Positions 1 to 10,196 are shown, counted from the stretch's first letter. The stretch: 64,000 nucleotides of DNA from Verrucomicrobiia bacterium (GCA_036501665.1 DASXZW010000104.1:12902-76901); one strand, 5' to 3'. Translations and numbers: made by a program. Notes: generated from the sequence alone by a model not told the origin.

Positions 1-3000
1 GCGTCATCAGAAGTGGAAGGACGAGGCTCGTGACCGTAGGCTTGGTCATCCATCCCTCGAAACGGCAAAGGCTCAACCGACCATCCGTGCCCAACATGGA
101 AATCCGCGTCCTTGTCCCAACCGACGACATGCAGGAAAAAATCGCGCCTAAATCCCGGCGGTATCGACGGAAGCCGGCTCGCCGCAAAACTCAGCGCCAA
201 TTCGTCGCCCCCATTCAACAGCGCCAATTTGTCATCGCGTTCGCCCACCAACTCGCCGACATCGCCATAACGCGTACACCAACCCGAGGGCGTGCGGTCC
301 CACGGCGGTGTGGAAAACACATTGTCGTATTCGGGAGTCAGCGGCAGCGAATCGGGCAAGTTCGCGTATCGACTAAATCCGCGCCAATGCAAATCCGCGT
401 TGTCCGGCTTGATCGTCGCTTCCCGATTCTGTTCGCCGGCAATTCTTTCGCACAACGCAGCGCAATCCCAATGAATTTCAAAAGCAGTGGTGAGCCTGAG
501 CCACTGCGAACCAGATGGAAGCTTGCCCTCCAAATCCACAAGGATCGTTTTCGTCTTTCCCGCAGGAGCGCCAACATCAGCGGAGACAGTCTTCCACGAG
601 CCATCGGGAAGTTGCGCCTCAAGCGTCGGAAAAGGGAAAGGCAGAGAAGAGTCCAGGGAAGCCGCGACATTCGCCATCCCTCCGCCAAATCGCAACCAGC
701 CAGTCAAAACTAGAACCAACGGACGCTCAACCGCCAGCGGACCAAAATCCATCGTGACCGAGTAAGGTTCAGCCAGCCCGCGAAGTTGCGCCTGGCGCAA
801 ATGCACCGGCGAAACCATTTTCTCATCCACCCGCGAAAGAGCCTCAGTCACATCAAGACCGTCGCTGCGTGTTGCCTTTCGGAGCGCCGCCGACGGACAA
901 AGCGTCCAAAGTTCATGCGGCGGGAACGGCTTGCTCGCGTGCATTTTGCTGGTGGGAAAAACCAGCGTCCCCTCGGGATGATCAACAGCCACCAGGCTTG
1001 CGCTGTCCAGATAAAGAACCTCCCGCAATTCTTCCGTGACCCGCACTTCGTATTTCCCGTCGCGCGTCGGAAACCGTTGATTGTCGCCCAAAGATAAAAA
1101 CTCCTCCGGGTCCGCCTCGATGAAACGGCTTTCAGTCAGCGGCAGTCCCAGCGGCGCCGCGCCGAGAATGTCGGTCACGAACTTGAATCGGTGGCCGTCC
1201 CAAGCGTAAAGATTGGGACAAGAGCCGGAAGGAAGCGTCAATTCGTCCAAAGTCAAAATATTCGTATTGACCGGCACATCGACGAGTGTGCTTGCCAGGT
1301 CAAACCAATGAATTTTCACCGAGTCGAGCTTGTCGTGCTGGCCAACGCCAATCTCAAAAGGCAGCTCGTGCAACGTCCGGCTCGTCCGCCAATTGCCCGC
1401 GGCCAATTCCGCGCGGACACCGAGCGCGCTGGAATTCGAGCGGTGCCCCGCGAGGCGAAGTTTCAATTGCCGGTTGGCGTTGCCGCCGTCATTGCGAAAA
1501 TATCGAAGCCCGCCCGCTGAACTGACAATAAGATCAGTGTCTCCATCATCGTCGAAGTCAGCGGCCACAATTCCACTCACCGAAGAAACAGAGTCAAGAC
1601 CAAGTTCTTTGGTGACATCGAGAAAGCCCATGCGTCCGCGATTCCGCCAGGCGCGCACACCGTTGTCGCCGTAAGCGAACACGTCGAGCCAGCCATCGTT
1701 GTCATAATCGAACAACAACAGTCCTTTGACGTGAAGACCTTTGAGCGAAAGCCTTGCCCGTTCTTTCGTACCGTCGAAGACAACTATAATCTCGCTCTCA
1801 CCTGCAACGATCAAGTCGGGCTGAAGATCATTGTTCAAATCACCCGTCGCAACGACCGAACCGGACGGCCAATCGCTCGCTAAATTCGTTTCTACAAACG
1901 CTCCGGCGCGTTGTTTGGCAAAGTAAGACGGAGGTTTTCCGGCTCGCGCCGAAAAAATTCCCGGCAACCCCTCGTTGTTCCAATCTTCCGACGTGACGTC
2001 CGTAACGCCCGGCCACGTCAGAGGCAGGCCGGAATTGGTTTCCTTGTCTGCGAAGTAGAAATTTCCAAGATTGCGATACACGCGCAATCCGTTGCCTTCC
2101 GGGAGAACCGCCAGCAGATCAAGCTTTCCGGTGAAATCCAGGTCCGCCAAAATTCCATCGCGCGCTTTCAGGTTCTGCAAGCCCGATGCCCTTGTGAAAT
2201 CGCGGAATTGTCCGTTGGTCTCGAACTTGAAAGCGCGCGAATCCTGTTCGCCCAGCATGACCACATCCTCGAATCCGTCGTTATCAAGGTCGCCGGACAA
2301 ACACTTAAGGTAAGTTGCGTTTGATTTGAGTGTCAGCAAATTGCCCAACGGCTCAAAGCGGCCCTGATTATTGACAAGCAAACGAAATCCGTTGCTTTCC
2401 ACAACAAACAAACTGTTGCGCCCGTCATGGTTGAAATCCAACACAGTCATTGGCCCGTGAAAATCCGACGCGCGCTGGCCGAATGCCGTCGCCGTCGCCT
2501 CGACAAAACGGACAAGCGCGCCGCGTTCCGACGGTTGTTCCAAAACAAACGCCACTTGAGGCTGCGTGTATTTGCATCGTTCCTGCGCCGCCGCGCCGCC
2601 TCCCGTCAGATTGGGATTTTTGGCCAACAACTCTTGATGCTTCTTGAGCTCGCTTGCCGCCTCATCCGTCTGGCCCGCCTGCTGAAGCAACCGGCTGAGT
2701 TGGTAATGGGCCGAGGGATGGTCCGGGTCAAATTGCACCACCGACTCAAGATTTTGAATCGCTTCGTCGTTGTGCCCGAGGCGCGCCTGCGCCATCGCTA
2801 GCTGAAAATTGAGCGCGGTAACGGCGGGATCAATTTTTTGGGATTGTTCAAACGCCTGAACCGCCGGTTCCGGCTGCTCCAAATGCATGTAAGCCAGCCC
2901 CATCAGGTAATACGCCGCCGCGCTATTGTGATCGAGCTTCAACGCAAGTTGGCAGGAGTCAATTGCCGCCGAGTTGCTCTCCGCGAGCAAATAGGCATTC

Positions 3001-3218
3001 GCGAGATTCAGATGAAGATTGAGGTCCTCGGGAGCAATCCGCATCGCCCGTTCATAAACCGCAATCGCGTTGGTGGCCTCTTGCTTTTCAAGATAGCCGT
3101 TGCCCCGGCTCATCAAAACCGTGAAAGAATCGCCGGTCGAAGCGGAATGGCACCCAAATTGAATCGCCGCAACGACTGCTACAACTCCCAAACAAACCCA
3201 GGAAAGGCGTCGGGACAT
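1..3218 (-). CDS. TPR + FG-GAP/VCBS-repeat + ASPIC/UnbV (CRTAC1-family) secreted protein; C-terminus runs off the left edge
   Basis: Absent from the ORF track because there is no stop inside the window. My own translation of the minus strand from the ATG at 3218 stays open to position 1 (about 1072 codons). It shows a signal-like MSRRLSWVCLGVVAVVAAIQFG and TPR-like helices (AIAVYERAMRIAPEDLNLHLNLANAYL; AAYYLMGLAYMHLEQPEPAVQAFEQS). FG-GAP/VCBS motifs are DFNHDGRNSLFVV, GDLDNDGFEDVV, DYDNDGWLDVFAYG and ADFDDDGDTDLIV. UnbV/ASPIC-like stretch: GHRSNSSALGVRAEL...GVGQHDKLDSVKIHWFD. The + strand ORFs here are Arg-rich antisense shadows. Confidence 0.85.
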   Translation of the reverse strand, partial: MSRRLSWVCLGVVAVVAAIQFGCHSASTGDSFTVLMSRGNGYLEKQEATNAIAVYERAMRIAPEDLNLHLNLANAYLLAESNSAAIDSCQLALKLDHNSAAAYYLMGLAYMHLEQPEPAVQAFEQSQKIDPAVTALNFQLAMAQARLGHNDEAIQNLESVVQFDPDHPSAHYQLSRLLQQAGQTDEAASELKKHQELLAKNPNLTGGGAAAQERCKYTQPQVAFVLEQPSERGALVRFVEATATAFGQRASDFHGPMTVLDFNHDGRNSLFVVESNGFRLLVNNQGRFEPLGNLLTLKSNATYLKCLSGDLDNDGFEDVVMLGEQDSRAFKFETNGQFRDFTRASGLQNLKARDGILADLDFTGKLDLLAVLPEGNGLRVYRNLGNFYFADKETNSGLPLTWPGVTDVTSEDWNNEGLPGIFSARAGKPPSYFAKQRAGAFVETNLASDWPSGSVVATGDLNNDLQPDLIVAGESEIIVVFDGTKERARLSLKGLHVKGLLLFDYDNDGWLDVFAYGDNGVRAWRNRGRMGFLDVTKELGLDSVSSVSGIVAADFDDDGDTDLIVSSAGGLRYFRNDGGNANRQLKLRLAGHRSNSSALGVRAELAAGNWRTSRTLHELPFEIGVGQHDKLDSVKIHWFDLASTLVDVPVNTNILTLDELTLPSGSCPNLYAWDGHRFKFVTDILGAAPLGLPLTESRFIEADPEEFLSLGDNQRFPTRDGKYEVRVTEELREVLYLDSASLVAVDHPEGTLVFPTSKMHASKPFPPHELWTLCPSAALRKATRSDGLDVTEALSRVDEKMVSPVHLRQAQLRGLAEPYSVTMDFGPLAVERPLVLVLTGWLRFGGGMANVAASLDSSLPFPFPTLEAQLPDGSWKTVSADVGAPAGKTKTILVDLEGKLPSGSQWLRLTTAFEIHWDCAALCERIAGEQNREATIKPDNADLHWRGFSRYANLPDSLPLTPEYDNVFSTPPWDRTPSGWCTRYGDVGELVGERDDKLALLNGGDELALSFAASRLPSIPPGFRRDFFLHVVGWDKDADFHVGHGWSVEPLPFRGMDDQAYGHEPRPSTSDD

Positions 3219-3373
3219 CGTAAATCCTCAGGCGATTGGGAACGCCGCTTTGATCAACCCTGCGCAAAAGGTTTTCCACGCGCAAGACTCGTTATAATTG
3301 ACTACTTTGTCGGTCGGATTCAATAACCCAATGATGGGACAAACCACGTTCCGTTCGCAAGAGCGTGATCGTC

Positions 3374-4834
3374 TTAAAAATTGAACGACAATTGCGCGTA
3401 AGCGTAATCGGCATCCGCCCTCCCGCCGTGACCGTTGAGCGATTCCCGAATGTAATCACCCGCGAAGAAGTGCGCGAACCCGCCTTGCAGCGAAGCAAAG
3501 CTCGCCATCATCCAAGTCGCTGTGAGGTCCAGTTCCTCTCCAACAAAACTTCCGTAACCAGGATGAATTCCATAACCGCCAGTCGAACGCGCCCCGCCAT
3601 TGCCCTGATAAAAGAAATCCGACGTGGTCGCGAGCCAATACGCATACCCATCAATGCTCAACGTCACCGGTTTTACTGGCTTAATCGAACCAGACAGATG
3701 CAAGTCCTGCATATTCTGTAAAGAAAAGAAATCCATGATGCCGTAAAGGCCGTGTTGGGAGGGGAAAAGGTTATCAAACGTCCCATGATGCCCATCCTTC
3801 GCATTGCTGTCGCCCGAACCATAATTATATTCCAATCCCACTCGAGGAGACATCATAACATCCTTCCAAGTGTAGCCCCCCACTGCGTGAATGGCGAAGG
3901 CTGACTGCGTCATGCTGGGCGTAGTCGTGCTCGATTCAAACCGGCCAAATTGATAAACCCCTTCCGCGTTATAATCCCACCCGTGCAGCGCATTCGGAAG
4001 CGACTTCACACGCGCCCCAATGCTGTAAATATCCCGTGGCGATGCCGGAGCGTATTGCACCGGCTTTTCAGCCGCTTCATAAGCCGGATGCCCATCCGTA
4101 TTTCGCGCCAGAACATAAAACTGCGATTCCTGAACCGGAATCAAAGTCCTCGTCGAAGCGTAGATTCCCGAAAACTTGTCGTGACTGTCCGAGGTGTCAA
4201 ACCCATGCAAATCAGGAAGAACCGGCTGGCTGACAAATGCATCCACCCAAAAACTGGAAGTCTGGTAGCGAAGCTTGGCCGCATCGTAAGACCGACCGAA
4301 ATTCAACCAGTCCGCGACCCCGATAAACCGCTGATCCCCATAAATTAATTCCTGGCGCCCCACCTTCGCGACAAGTGGAAATTCCGCGGCATTCCCCAAG
4401 GCAACCCACGCCTGTCGCAACGAATAATGATCATTGTCAGGACTGGGAACGCGATCGTCATCGAACGATGTTGCGTCCTGCATCTCGCCATAAACTTCAA
4501 TCCACGGGCAAGGCAGCCAGCCCAGATGCACCCGTTCCCGCATCAATTCGTACGAGTTTTCCGAATCGCCCGTATGCTGGAAATCGGCGTTCTTCCGATT
4601 CGGAACGGCAAAATAAGCCTTGTCCTCATACCGCGCGCGCACCTGTCCGCCGATGTCCCAATTGCCAAACCCGCTGTTCTGCTGGCGCAGCCAATCATTC
4701 AACAAGCCCGGCTGCGGTGCGGGCGGCATCGTGAAAGTGGACAGGTTAGTTTGAGCAAACGCCGTCCTCTCCATGCTGAAAAGCAGACCGAGTCCGGCGA
4801 CGAGAATTCCTAGTGGTTTGATGTTGTTGGGCAT
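3374..4834 (-). CDS. Outer-membrane beta-barrel porin, alginate-export (AlgE-like) family
   Basis: ORF 3374..4870 begins at a TTG. The ATG at 4834 gives MPNNIKPLGILVAGLGLLFSMERTAFAQ, a good signal peptide. The body has alternating beta-strand character, and the C-terminal ...YAYAQLSFNF ends in an aromatic residue as in OM barrels. WDIGGQVRARYE and GRQELIYGDQRFIG resemble alginate_exp family motifs (recalled, not searched). Confidence 0.7.
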   Translation of the reverse strand: MPNNIKPLGILVAGLGLLFSMERTAFAQTNLSTFTMPPAPQPGLLNDWLRQQNSGFGNWDIGGQVRARYEDKAYFAVPNRKNADFQHTGDSENSYELMRERVHLGWLPCPWIEVYGEMQDATSFDDDRVPSPDNDHYSLRQAWVALGNAAEFPLVAKVGRQELIYGDQRFIGVADWLNFGRSYDAAKLRYQTSSFWVDAFVSQPVLPDLHGFDTSDSHDKFSGIYASTRTLIPVQESQFYVLARNTDGHPAYEAAEKPVQYAPASPRDIYSIGARVKSLPNALHGWDYNAEGVYQFGRFESSTTTPSMTQSAFAIHAVGGYTWKDVMMSPRVGLEYNYGSGDSNAKDGHHGTFDNLFPSQHGLYGIMDFFSLQNMQDLHLSGSIKPVKPVTLSIDGYAYWLATTSDFFYQGNGGARSTGGYGIHPGYGSFVGEELDLTATWMMASFASLQGGFAHFFAGDYIRESLNGHGGRADADYAYAQLSFNF

Positions 4835-4929
4835 GACCCGGATATTTCCAAATAATCGTTTTGACGCCAACGATTAGGGGACAAGCGGTGGGATTTTTGG
4901 TGCGAATGGCAAAGGAAACCGTGGTTTGA

Positions 4930-4942
4930 CAGGGAATCCCTG
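4930..4942. promoter_or_regulatory. 13-bp perfect palindrome CAGGGA-A-TCCCTG in a divergent promoter region
   Basis: Read directly: cagggaatccctg lies between the divergently transcribed porin (start 4834) and oxidoreductase (start 5087). Its function is not known. Confidence 0.2.
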
Positions 4943-5086
4943 ACAAACTCCGTTAAAGGCGCGCTTGGGCCGGGTTCCGCCTGATCGCTTTCAATTAATA
5001 TCTGGCAAAGGGTCGGAATGAAATCGTCGGGCTGAATTACTGCTTGCCATTTTTCGTCCAATCATGGCTTCCTTTAGGGATTATTC

Positions 5087-6457
5087 ATGAATGATATTCA
5101 TCCATTGCAGGACTCGAACCGCCGCGAGTTCCTGAAAAATACTTCGTTGGCTACTTTGATGGCCGTGATGGGCGGCGTCGAGTTGCGCGCAGCGGACGCT
5201 CCCGCATCCGCCACTCCTCTTACGAAGATTCCGCCTCCGCCCTCGGTCAATTTCGGCGTCATCGGCCTTAACGAATGGGGCCGCGAAATTCTTCACCAAC
5301 TTTCACTCATGTCCTACGCGCCGGTCGTCGCAATCTGCGACACCTACGAGCACGCCTTCCGCAAGGCCGCTGAAGAAGCGCCCAAAGCCAAGCAATACAA
5401 GGATTACAAGGAACTCCTCGCCGACCCCAATGTCCAGGCCGTCATCATCGCAACGCCCACTGGCACGCATAAAGAAATCGTGCTCGCCGCCCTCGCGGCA
5501 AATAAGCACGTCTATTGCGAAGCCCCGCTGGCCAACACCATGGACGACGCAAAGGTCATCGCCAAGGCGGCGAAGGCCGCAACGAAGGTCGTCTTCCAAC
5601 CCGGTTTGCAGGAGCGTTCGCATCCGCAACGGCATTTTTTGATTCCGTTCATTCGCGGTGGCGCGCTCGGGAAAGATGTCATGGCCCGCGCCCAATGGCA
5701 CAAACACGGCGGCTGGCGTCGCGAATCGCCAAACGAAGAACGTTCAACCCAATTGAACTGGCGCCTTCACCAGAAAACCAGCACCGGCCTGATCGGCGAA
5801 GAAGGCATCCACGAAGTCGATGCCACCGCGTGGTTCTTGAAGAATCGCCCGGTTGCCGTGACCGGTTTCAGCGCCATGCGTTTATGGGGCGAAGATGGCC
5901 GCGATGTCCCGGACACGATCCAGGCCGTCTATGAATTTCCCCACAGCGTCAATTTTGTATTTGACGCCACGCTGTGCGCTTCATTCGACGCCGCATACGA
6001 GATGTATTACGGGACCGACTCCACCATCATGGTGCGCGATTCCAAAGCCTGGCAATTCAAGGAAGCTGGCTCCCCCCTACAAGGCTGGGAGGTCTATTCC
6101 CGAAAAGACATGTTCTACAAGGAATCCGGCATCCAAATCGTCGCCAACGGCAGCCATCAATCCGCGCTCACGGCCGGGGCGACAGCAGACGCCTATCCAA
6201 ACACGCCGCTCTGGTACGCGCTCGACGCCTTCACCCGAAATGTCAGCCTGGTCGGCGGCGCGGTCAAAGACTTCACCGATCTTTATGGTGACAACGGCAG
6301 CGCCAAGGATTTGGCGGATAGCCTTGCCGCCTTGAAAACTTACCCTGCCGCGACCTGGCAGGACGGCCTCGATGCGACCGTCATGGCGATCGTCGGCAAT
6401 GAAGCCACAATTAAGAAACAGAAAATTGCGTTCGAAAAAGATTGGTTTGAAATATGA
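5087..6457 (+). CDS. Gfo/Idh/MocA-family NAD(P)-dependent oxidoreductase with Tat signal
   Basis: N-terminus has the twin-arginine motif SNRREFLKNTSLATLMAVMGG. Rossmann-type FGVIGLNEWGRE... and the Gfo/Idh/MocA-like VYCEAPLA segment are present. The stop overlaps the next gene as ATGA. Confidence 0.85.
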   Translation: MNDIHPLQDSNRREFLKNTSLATLMAVMGGVELRAADAPASATPLTKIPPPPSVNFGVIGLNEWGREILHQLSLMSYAPVVAICDTYEHAFRKAAEEAPKAKQYKDYKELLADPNVQAVIIATPTGTHKEIVLAALAANKHVYCEAPLANTMDDAKVIAKAAKAATKVVFQPGLQERSHPQRHFLIPFIRGGALGKDVMARAQWHKHGGWRRESPNEERSTQLNWRLHQKTSTGLIGEEGIHEVDATAWFLKNRPVAVTGFSAMRLWGEDGRDVPDTIQAVYEFPHSVNFVFDATLCASFDAAYEMYYGTDSTIMVRDSKAWQFKEAGSPLQGWEVYSRKDMFYKESGIQIVANGSHQSALTAGATADAYPNTPLWYALDAFTRNVSLVGGAVKDFTDLYGDNGSAKDLADSLAALKTYPAATWQDGLDATVMAIVGNEATIKKQKIAFEKDWFEI

Positions 6458-7137
6458 AATTTCCCGCGAAGCTTTCCCTGCAAAAAATTAAATCAGCCGC
6501 GTTTACGACCGTTTGCGGAACGCTCCTGGTCGCCGCCACTCTGCCCGCCGTCGCCCAGACCAAATACACCAGCACGCCAAAAGGATGCGACGTCAAGATC
6601 GAAGGCACCTCCAGCCTCCACGATTGGGAAATGGAAGGCAGCTTGATCGGCGGATTCCTTGAATTCGGACCCGGCGTCCAGTTGGATCCGGCGCAAGCCA
6701 CCGTCGGCGGCATCACCGGCGACAAAGTGCCCGCCACCGGGCGCGTGATTATTCCTGTCCGCAGCGTTCACAGCAAAGCCGACCACCTGCCGGACGTCAT
6801 GGAACACCTCATGCAGGACGCGTTGAAGGAACCGCAATTTCCGAGGATTGAATTCAACCTCAAGGAAATGGCCTTCAAAGGCCCGCACGAAGCCGGCAAA
6901 CCGTTCAACTTCGAAGTGACGGGAGACCTGTCAATTTCAGGCGTGACCAATGCCGCAACATTCCCCATCACAATCACGCAAGTCGATGCCGACACCATCA
7001 AAGTCAGCGGGACCGCCCCGGTAAACCTCCCGCAATACAACATCACCCCGCCCGCCCCAAGTTTTGGTTTGGGCCTGATGAAAACCGGCCCTGACGTAAA
7101 AATCATCTTCGACTGGTCCCTGCACAAAAAACAATAG
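6454..7137 (+). CDS. YceI-like periplasmic (polyisoprenoid-binding) domain protein
   Basis: Signal peptide ...LVAATLPAVAQ. YceI-like pattern: KIEGTSSLHDWEMEG ... IPVRSVHSK ... FEVTGDLSISGVT. ATGA overlap with the upstream oxidoreductase. Confidence 0.8.
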   Translation: MKFPAKLSLQKIKSAAFTTVCGTLLVAATLPAVAQTKYTSTPKGCDVKIEGTSSLHDWEMEGSLIGGFLEFGPGVQLDPAQATVGGITGDKVPATGRVIIPVRSVHSKADHLPDVMEHLMQDALKEPQFPRIEFNLKEMAFKGPHEAGKPFNFEVTGDLSISGVTNAATFPITITQVDADTIKVSGTAPVNLPQYNITPPAPSFGLGLMKTGPDVKIIFDWSLHKKQ

Positions 7138-7166
7138 CATCGCCCAAGCCCCCGTTGTCCTAATCC

Positions 7167-7212
7167 TAATCTTAATCATAATCCTAATCGATGAGGAGCA
7201 AGATTAAGATTA
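7167..7212. terminator. Hairpin (11-bp stem TAATCTTAATC/GATTAAGATTA) downstream of the yceI-like gene
   Basis: Inverted repeat 7167-7177 / 7202-7212 read directly, inside a TAATC-rich low-complexity tract. There is no clear T-run, so terminator function is uncertain. Confidence 0.3.
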
Positions 7213-7507
7213 AGAGGAAATCCGCACCGCAAAGGCACCCCCTCCGCCACAAATACCATTGAAACCTCGCTGCTTGTAGGGAATAAAACACTATGTGGGA
7301 TAGGTAATCCTTATCCTGTCCATCCTGTCCAAGGCTTTTGACTTTCTCATCCATCCTTCCACACCAATGTTTCCCTTCGTTTCCTTAGTTCCCTTGGTGT
7401 AAAAAATCTTCTGTTTTAATCCTTTTCCACTCCTCCGACGCGGTGAAAAAACCTTTGTCGTTCGCAAATACCATTGCAACCGCCCTCCTTTTCAGGAATA
7501 AAGCGAT

Positions 7508-8698
7508 ATGCGCGTGCGGGTGATTTGGCTCGTCGTATCGATTGTTTTCAACGTGTTCCTCGGGGTGTGTCTTTATGTCGCCACGGAACCGTTGCATGAG
7601 GAGTTGCCTCCCGAGTCCCCCGGCTACGTTGGCACCGTCACCAGGACGAACGTCGTCGTTCGCCACGAAAATTTCACATGGGAACAAGTCACCTCCACCA
7701 ATTACCTCGAATTTGTAAAAAATCTCCGCGCCATCGGCTGTCCCGAGCAGACGGTTCGCGACATTGTCACTTCCGAGATCAACCGCGTCTATGCCCGGCG
7801 ACGCGTGATGGATGTCGTTTATCCCAATTATCAATGGTGGCGCTCCGAACCCGATCCTGAGCTAGTCCAGACGGCAAACAACAAAATCCAGGCCATCGAA
7901 GCCGAGCGCCGAAACGTGCTGACTTCGATTCTTGGCACAGGTTGGGACAACGAAAACAAAGCGCTCGTTGCAGCGCGCGCCGGCATCACCTTGACCGGCC
8001 CCGTGCTCGGCGATTTGTCCGCCGCGGTGAAAGAAGCTGTGTACATCCTCATCGCGCAAGGCCAGGAAAAAATCGAATCCTACCAGGAAGAACAAGCCCG
8101 CCAGGGCAAAGCCGTCGATCCCATGGAAATGGCGCGGCTGCGCGAGGAGCCGTTTGTTTCGCTCGTCAGGATTCTTCAACCGCCGGAATACGATGAATTT
8201 GTCCTTCGCTATTCGCCCGCCGCCCAGCAATTGCGCGACGAACTGCGCTCGGTCGAATTGAACCCCGATCAATTCCGCGGCGTGTTCAATGCCGTCGGAG
8301 CCATCATGGGCCAGCCGGTTTACTATTACGCGGGCGAAGACACCCAAATGCTCCTGCAACAAAAACAATTGCAGGCCCAAAGCCAGTCACTCATAAAAAC
8401 CGCCCTCGGCCCGGCAATCTACAACGCCTACCTGCTGAATCTCGACCCGCTCTATCGCGCCTCGCGGCAGACAGTCGAACAATTGGGCGTCCCCGCTGCA
8501 AATATTTCGCCCCTCTACGAAATCAACCGCGCAACACAGGCGGAGATGAATCGAATTCGCAACGACGCCACCTTGAGCAACGACGAAAAAGTCGAAGCGC
8601 TCGCCCAAACCCAGGTCCAGCAACAACAATCCTTGGAGCAACTCCTCGGCGCAGCCGCCTTTCAGAAATGGCTCCAATCCCAAGCCCAGTCAAAATGA
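7508..8698 (+). CDS. Hypothetical membrane-anchored protein, helical, Gln-rich C-terminus
   Basis: 396-aa ORF starting at an ATG. N-terminal TM segment MRVRVIWLVVSIVFNVFLGVCLYV. Composition looks coding, and I recognise no family. Confidence 0.6.
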   Translation: MRVRVIWLVVSIVFNVFLGVCLYVATEPLHEELPPESPGYVGTVTRTNVVVRHENFTWEQVTSTNYLEFVKNLRAIGCPEQTVRDIVTSEINRVYARRRVMDVVYPNYQWWRSEPDPELVQTANNKIQAIEAERRNVLTSILGTGWDNENKALVAARAGITLTGPVLGDLSAAVKEAVYILIAQGQEKIESYQEEQARQGKAVDPMEMARLREEPFVSLVRILQPPEYDEFVLRYSPAAQQLRDELRSVELNPDQFRGVFNAVGAIMGQPVYYYAGEDTQMLLQQKQLQAQSQSLIKTALGPAIYNAYLLNLDPLYRASRQTVEQLGVPAANISPLYEINRATQAEMNRIRNDATLSNDEKVEALAQTQVQQQQSLEQLLGAAAFQKWLQSQAQSK

Positions 8699-8703
8699 CC
8701 CCT

Positions 8704-8728
8704 GGTAGGGCGTCGGTGCCCTGACGCC
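8704..8728 (+). repeat. REP-like element, variant (GGTAGGG + short palindrome GGCGTC..GACGCC)
   Basis: ggtagggcgtcggtgccctgacgcc sits directly after the stop of the 7508..8698 gene. It shares the 5' GGTAGGG with the 28-mer family at 23203, 47637 and 51754. Confidence 0.5.
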
Positions 8729-9032
8729 ACTGAATTCTCCCTCCCCTCCGATTTGTGTCAATATTAAGGACTGACACCGGTCTGACGTGACGCTTACTAA
8801 AAACTTCCATACCTATTTTAATGAATTCTGGATGAGTTTAGGAACTCTGCTCAATATGGAGCCGTAGTCATGCCGTCATAACGAAATTGGGCGCTAGACC
8901 GGGATGAGGTTGGCAAAGTTGTAAGAGGACGCCCCGAGGTTGATCGAGGACAGTACAGGAAATGGAATTGCAACATTTGTTTAGGCCACCAATCGTTGAG
9001 AATAAGATAGAAAAGAGCTTAAAAAAGCGCAA

Positions 9033-9898
9033 TCATCGTTCCAAATTACGCGATCCGGAAGGGTTAATCGAGGAGTCCCACAGCAAAACGGTTGGCTGCG
9101 GACGGTGCCCTGCATCCCACGTTACAGAAATACGCCCATAATGTCCCTCCGCCGTTTTAACATAGAATTCCTGGTCAACTCCCGCCCTCCAGCCGGGGTC
9201 GCCAGGCTTGCGTTCAATCGTTACACTCGGTGAGTAACCCCCATTTGGAGCCAGGTGCGTAAACTCGTCTGCCGTTGGTTGAACACCACCACCGATGACA
9301 GAAATCACAAATTTATAGGTGAAAGACGGCCCGTTAGTGCGTTCGTAATTGAGTGGCGTTCGCGTACATGCAATTTCAAGATCGGCCGGACTGCCAGACA
9401 CCAGGGAAAACCGGTTTGTCCTACTGTCGCAAAAAACCTTTCCCTGCCATGCCCCTCCAACTAGAGGTTCCTTGCCGACCATTTTCCACATTTTAAAAAT
9501 CACAGGACTGCCCGGATTTGGCTTATAATCAGCTTTTAGCCCAAAAACAAAGCTTCGTTGTGCTTTTGGCGAAAGCTCATAGCCCTTCTTAAGGATAGAA
9601 ATCTTATCAATCGCATACCCAGTAATTCCGGTCAGCGCGAAGTTCCCATCAGAATCCGTTTGCACGTTTGCAACACCACCTCAGAAGTTTTGGTTCTGTT
9701 TTCTGCCATGTAGCTCATAATAAAATCAAACGTGACTCTCGCTTCGGTTACGGGGTTCCCATCCTGATCCAAGACCTTTGCATAAAAGCCTACTGGAACA
9801 TTTTCGCTAACACGTAGCTGGGCAATCCCAGAAACAACGATTAAAAACAAAACGGCCGTTGCTGCTATTATTTTATCGCGCAAGCATATTATTTTCAT
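9033..9898 (-). pseudogene. Carboxypeptidase-regulatory-like domain secreted protein, frameshifted by an 8-bp tandem duplication
   Basis: ORFs 9632..9898 (signal peptide plus FYAKVLDQDGNPVTEARVTF...SEVVLQT) and 9033..9665 (QTDSDGNFALTGITGY...) overlap in different frames. On the coding strand the junction reads TGCAAACG-TGCAAACG (9657..9672). Removing one copy gives a continuous ...SEVVLQTDSDGNFALTG.... Confidence 0.7.
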
Positions 9899-10196
9899 AA
9901 TGCAATCATCCCGGTGTCAAAGGCTGGTGTAAGTCTCACTATTGACACAATCTGTTCTTTTCGGACGTCAGTTTGGGGAAGTTCGCGGTACAACGTTCGG
10001 ATCGTACTTTCCTAATTTCATATTTGTGACCGCCAGTATGGAACGCGGGTGTCACGCCGTTGACGGCACGCTGCCGGCTGGTGAGGTCGTTGTTCCCATG
10101 ACCGTGAGCCTGCCACTGTTGAAATTCGTCGTCAATTCATTGCCAAAATCCGCCTCATACCGCTACGCGCCAGAATCCACCCCGCACCACTCATCT

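Noticed and set aside
30-3326. Series of plus-strand ORFs (30..713, 1911..2324, 2427..2801, 2838..3326, etc.).
   Set aside because: The minus strand is one continuous reading frame from 3218 to the window edge with clear TPR/FG-GAP/UnbV motifs. The plus-strand ORFs are its shadows.
7138-7507. Possible small RNA, riboswitch or tRNA in the 370-nt intergenic region (and in 8729..9032 and 56099..56351).
   Set aside because: I could not see a cloverleaf-compatible or known riboswitch consensus by eye. Covariance-model tools would be needed, so this is a limit of manual inspection rather than proof of absence.
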